A stretch of DNA of 64,000 nt, from positions 4,526,001-4,590,000 of the forward strand of contig CATNEN010000038.1 of assembly GCA_950097015.1 (NCBI GenBank). Reading direction: 5' to 3'. The DNA comes from Macrostomum hystrix (taxonomy: Eukaryota; Animalia; Platyhelminthes). The notes beneath the pieces are model-generated. The model saw nothing but the letters and a program-made list of their open reading frames with translations, ran no database searches and had not been told where the DNA came from. This document shows, piece after piece, positions 62,008 through 64,000 of the stretch (positions are counted from its first letter, which is position 1; the number at the start of each line of letters is the position of its first letter). Both the position numbers and the translations under genes were made by a program.

Positions 62008-63747
62008 CTACCAGTAATAGTCGAACGCTCTGCACTGGAAAGCACTGCTGTCACTAGACAGGTTGATGGTCAGCTGCTCCAGGAAATCCAGCTCCGGCTC
62101 AATTGTGTCATTTTCCTGCGGGGTGGTGGGCGCAGGCTTGATAATCGAGGTGGTGGGTGCAGGCTAGAGTATTGGGTTGGTGGGTGCAGGCTAGAATATT
62201 GGGGTGGTGGGCGCAAGCTAGATTATTGGGGTTGTAGAATGGGGTGGTGGGTGCAGGCTAGAGTATTGGGGTGGTGGGTGCAGGCTAGAATATTGGGGTG
62301 GTGGGTGCAAGCTAGATTATTGGGGTTGTAGAATGGGGTGGTGGGTGCAGGCTAGAGTATTGGGGTGGTGGGTGCAGGCTAGAATATTGGGTAGTGGGTG
62401 CAAGCTAGATTATTGGGGTTGTAGAATGGGGTGGTGGGTGCAGGCTAGAGTATTGGGTTGGTGGGTGCAGGCTAGATAATTGGGGTGGTGGGTGCAGGCT
62501 AGAGTATTGGGTTGGTGGGTGCAGGCTAGATAATTGGGGTGGTGGGTGCAGGCTAGAGTATTGGGTTGGTGGGTGCAGGCTAGATAATTGGGGTGGTGGG
62601 TGCAGGCTAGATAATTGTGGTGGTGGGTGCAGGCTAGAGTTTTGGGGTGGTAGGTGCAGGCTAGATAATTGGGGTGGTGGGTGCTGACAAGTTAAAAAGG
62701 TGAGATACTCACGTGTTCATTTTTTAAATATTGGTCGCCCAGCGAGCTAGGTGGCACTCCAACATTCAGGCTGCTAATTAGCATGCTTGTCTCGGACATG
62801 CAATCGCAGCACTCAGCCAAATCGTTTAGCAGTTGGGCCGCCTCATCTTCATCGTCGGGTACGTTGTCAACGCCAATATTCTCGGTAACATTCTCGTCTT
62901 TGCACTTTGTAACACTAGAAGCTGAACCCGCGGCTGCCAGACTCGTTGGCGTTTCGCAGAGCCAGTTGTCGATGTCGCTTGTAGCTGATGGCTGGTCTAG
63001 CGCTTTCTTATAATTGCTATCATTTTTGACATTGTCAAGAATGGCTGGGTCGTTAGCAATCTTCGACTTGCTCTGCTGCGCAGGAGACGCCTTTACCACC
63101 TTAGTGAAGGAGACAAAGCAGCTGTTGGTGTTGCTCATGTTGTCCCTTTGCTTCATCTTCAGTGCGTGTTTACCTGCGGCCTCCTTGCCTTCCACAAGTT
63201 CATCTGTATTTGGCTCCCTACCAACCCGGAACTGCATCTGGACGAGCTCGATCTGGGACAACTCATGCAGCATGTCCTTGGTGAGGTAGGCCCAGGCGTC
63301 CTTGATCGAGTTGAACTCTCGGATGACGTTGATTTGGACGTCGCTGAAAGAATTCTGCAGCTTTGGATCGATGACGAAGTCCACGGCTCTGGCCGGGTAG
63401 GGTGGGAATTGCGCGCTGGCGAAGTACACGAACTGCTTGGACTGCAGCAGCAGCCGGGTGATGATGCCGGTAATCTTGCCAATGTTGCCCAGGGTGCCCA
63501 CGCGCCGATTCTCCAGCCTCTTACGCATCTTCGCGAGTTGCAAGTTATTGAAGACAGTTGCGGACTGGGTGGTCAGCTTGTCCTGCTCGCGTTGAATCAG
63601 GTTTAGCATCAGAACTACCAGGTTGCGAAGGTCGCGGGCGCGTGGCGAATCCGCTTTCAGCTGGCTGCTGTTGCAGTAAAACCCTCGCTTGGCCATCACC
63701 GCGACAGAGTCCAGACACATCTTGGGCGATGATGGGGCTGTTGTCAT
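62008..63747 (-). CDS. Uncharacterised ~380-aa protein; exons 63747-62713, 62115-62008
   Basis: 351-codon non-repetitive ORF with coding-like GC3. The donor CAC|GTGAGT and acceptor CCGCAG|GAA give an in-frame acidic tail ENDTIEPELDFLEQL...FDYYW*. No family recognised. Confidence 0.7.
62118..62684. repeat. 27-bp minisatellite GGGGTGGTGGGTGCAGGCTAGAGTATT filling the intron of the uncharacterised gene
   Basis: Direct reading. Confidence 0.96.
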
Positions 63748-63871
63748 CAGCTCTGCTCTGATCTACCTTCTGATCTCACCTAACTCACACTATGACTTAA
63801 TTGTCCCTTTGTTTTCCTTCATTATCTCTTAATTATCTATGCATTAACCATTATAATAATATTGATATTCG

Positions 63872-64000
63872 CTGGAGGGCTGCGGGCAATGGCACATCAT
63901 TTGGTGACTGTAGACCCGCAGCCAGCGAGGAGGCAATTCTGCCCATTTCGCTGTCTTATGAGCACACAGATACTGTACGCAGGCACACACTCACACAGGT
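63872..64000 (-). mobile_element. Copy of the ~230-bp dispersed element, truncated by the window end
   Basis: Near-identical to 35714-35835. Confidence 0.88.

Noticed and set aside
1-62684. Arrays of 20-40 bp partly palindromic repeats as CRISPR arrays
   Set aside because: Units are directly adjacent with no unique spacers, there are no cas genes, and the context is a eukaryotic spliced-gene region

Overview
Eukaryotic (metazoan) genomic DNA with GT-AG introns, GC-rich exons and an extreme density of minisatellites (about 32 separate arrays, mostly 18-41 bp units). This pattern resembles the free-living flatworm Macrostomum, but the organism is an inference and is not verified. The window opens with an 8.7 kb array of a 26-bp unit. 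Nine co-oriented + strand genes follow: ARL13B, STRIP1/2, NDUFB3, a TTI2-like gene, BMS1, two universal stress protein genes, a divergent Maf bZIP and HSD17B10. Most have a splice-acceptor-like AG shortly before the ATG, consistent with SL trans-splicing and possibly operons. Two - strand genes end the window: a secreted single-WSC-domain protein and an unrecognised protein. Mobile DNA comprises tRNA-headed SINEs, six copies of an unclassified hairpin-rich ~230-bp dispersed element, and a solo LTR with a 5-bp TSD inside a minisatellite. The most unusual signals are (i) introns almost entirely filled by locus-specific minisatellites whose degenerate end units supply the 3' splice signals, (ii) recurrence of two 5-mers (CAGGT/ACCTG and GGGAT/ATCCC) across otherwise unrelated array units, and (iii) a fold-back pair of inverted arrays. 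Most ORF-track entries with repetitive peptides are artefacts of the arrays.
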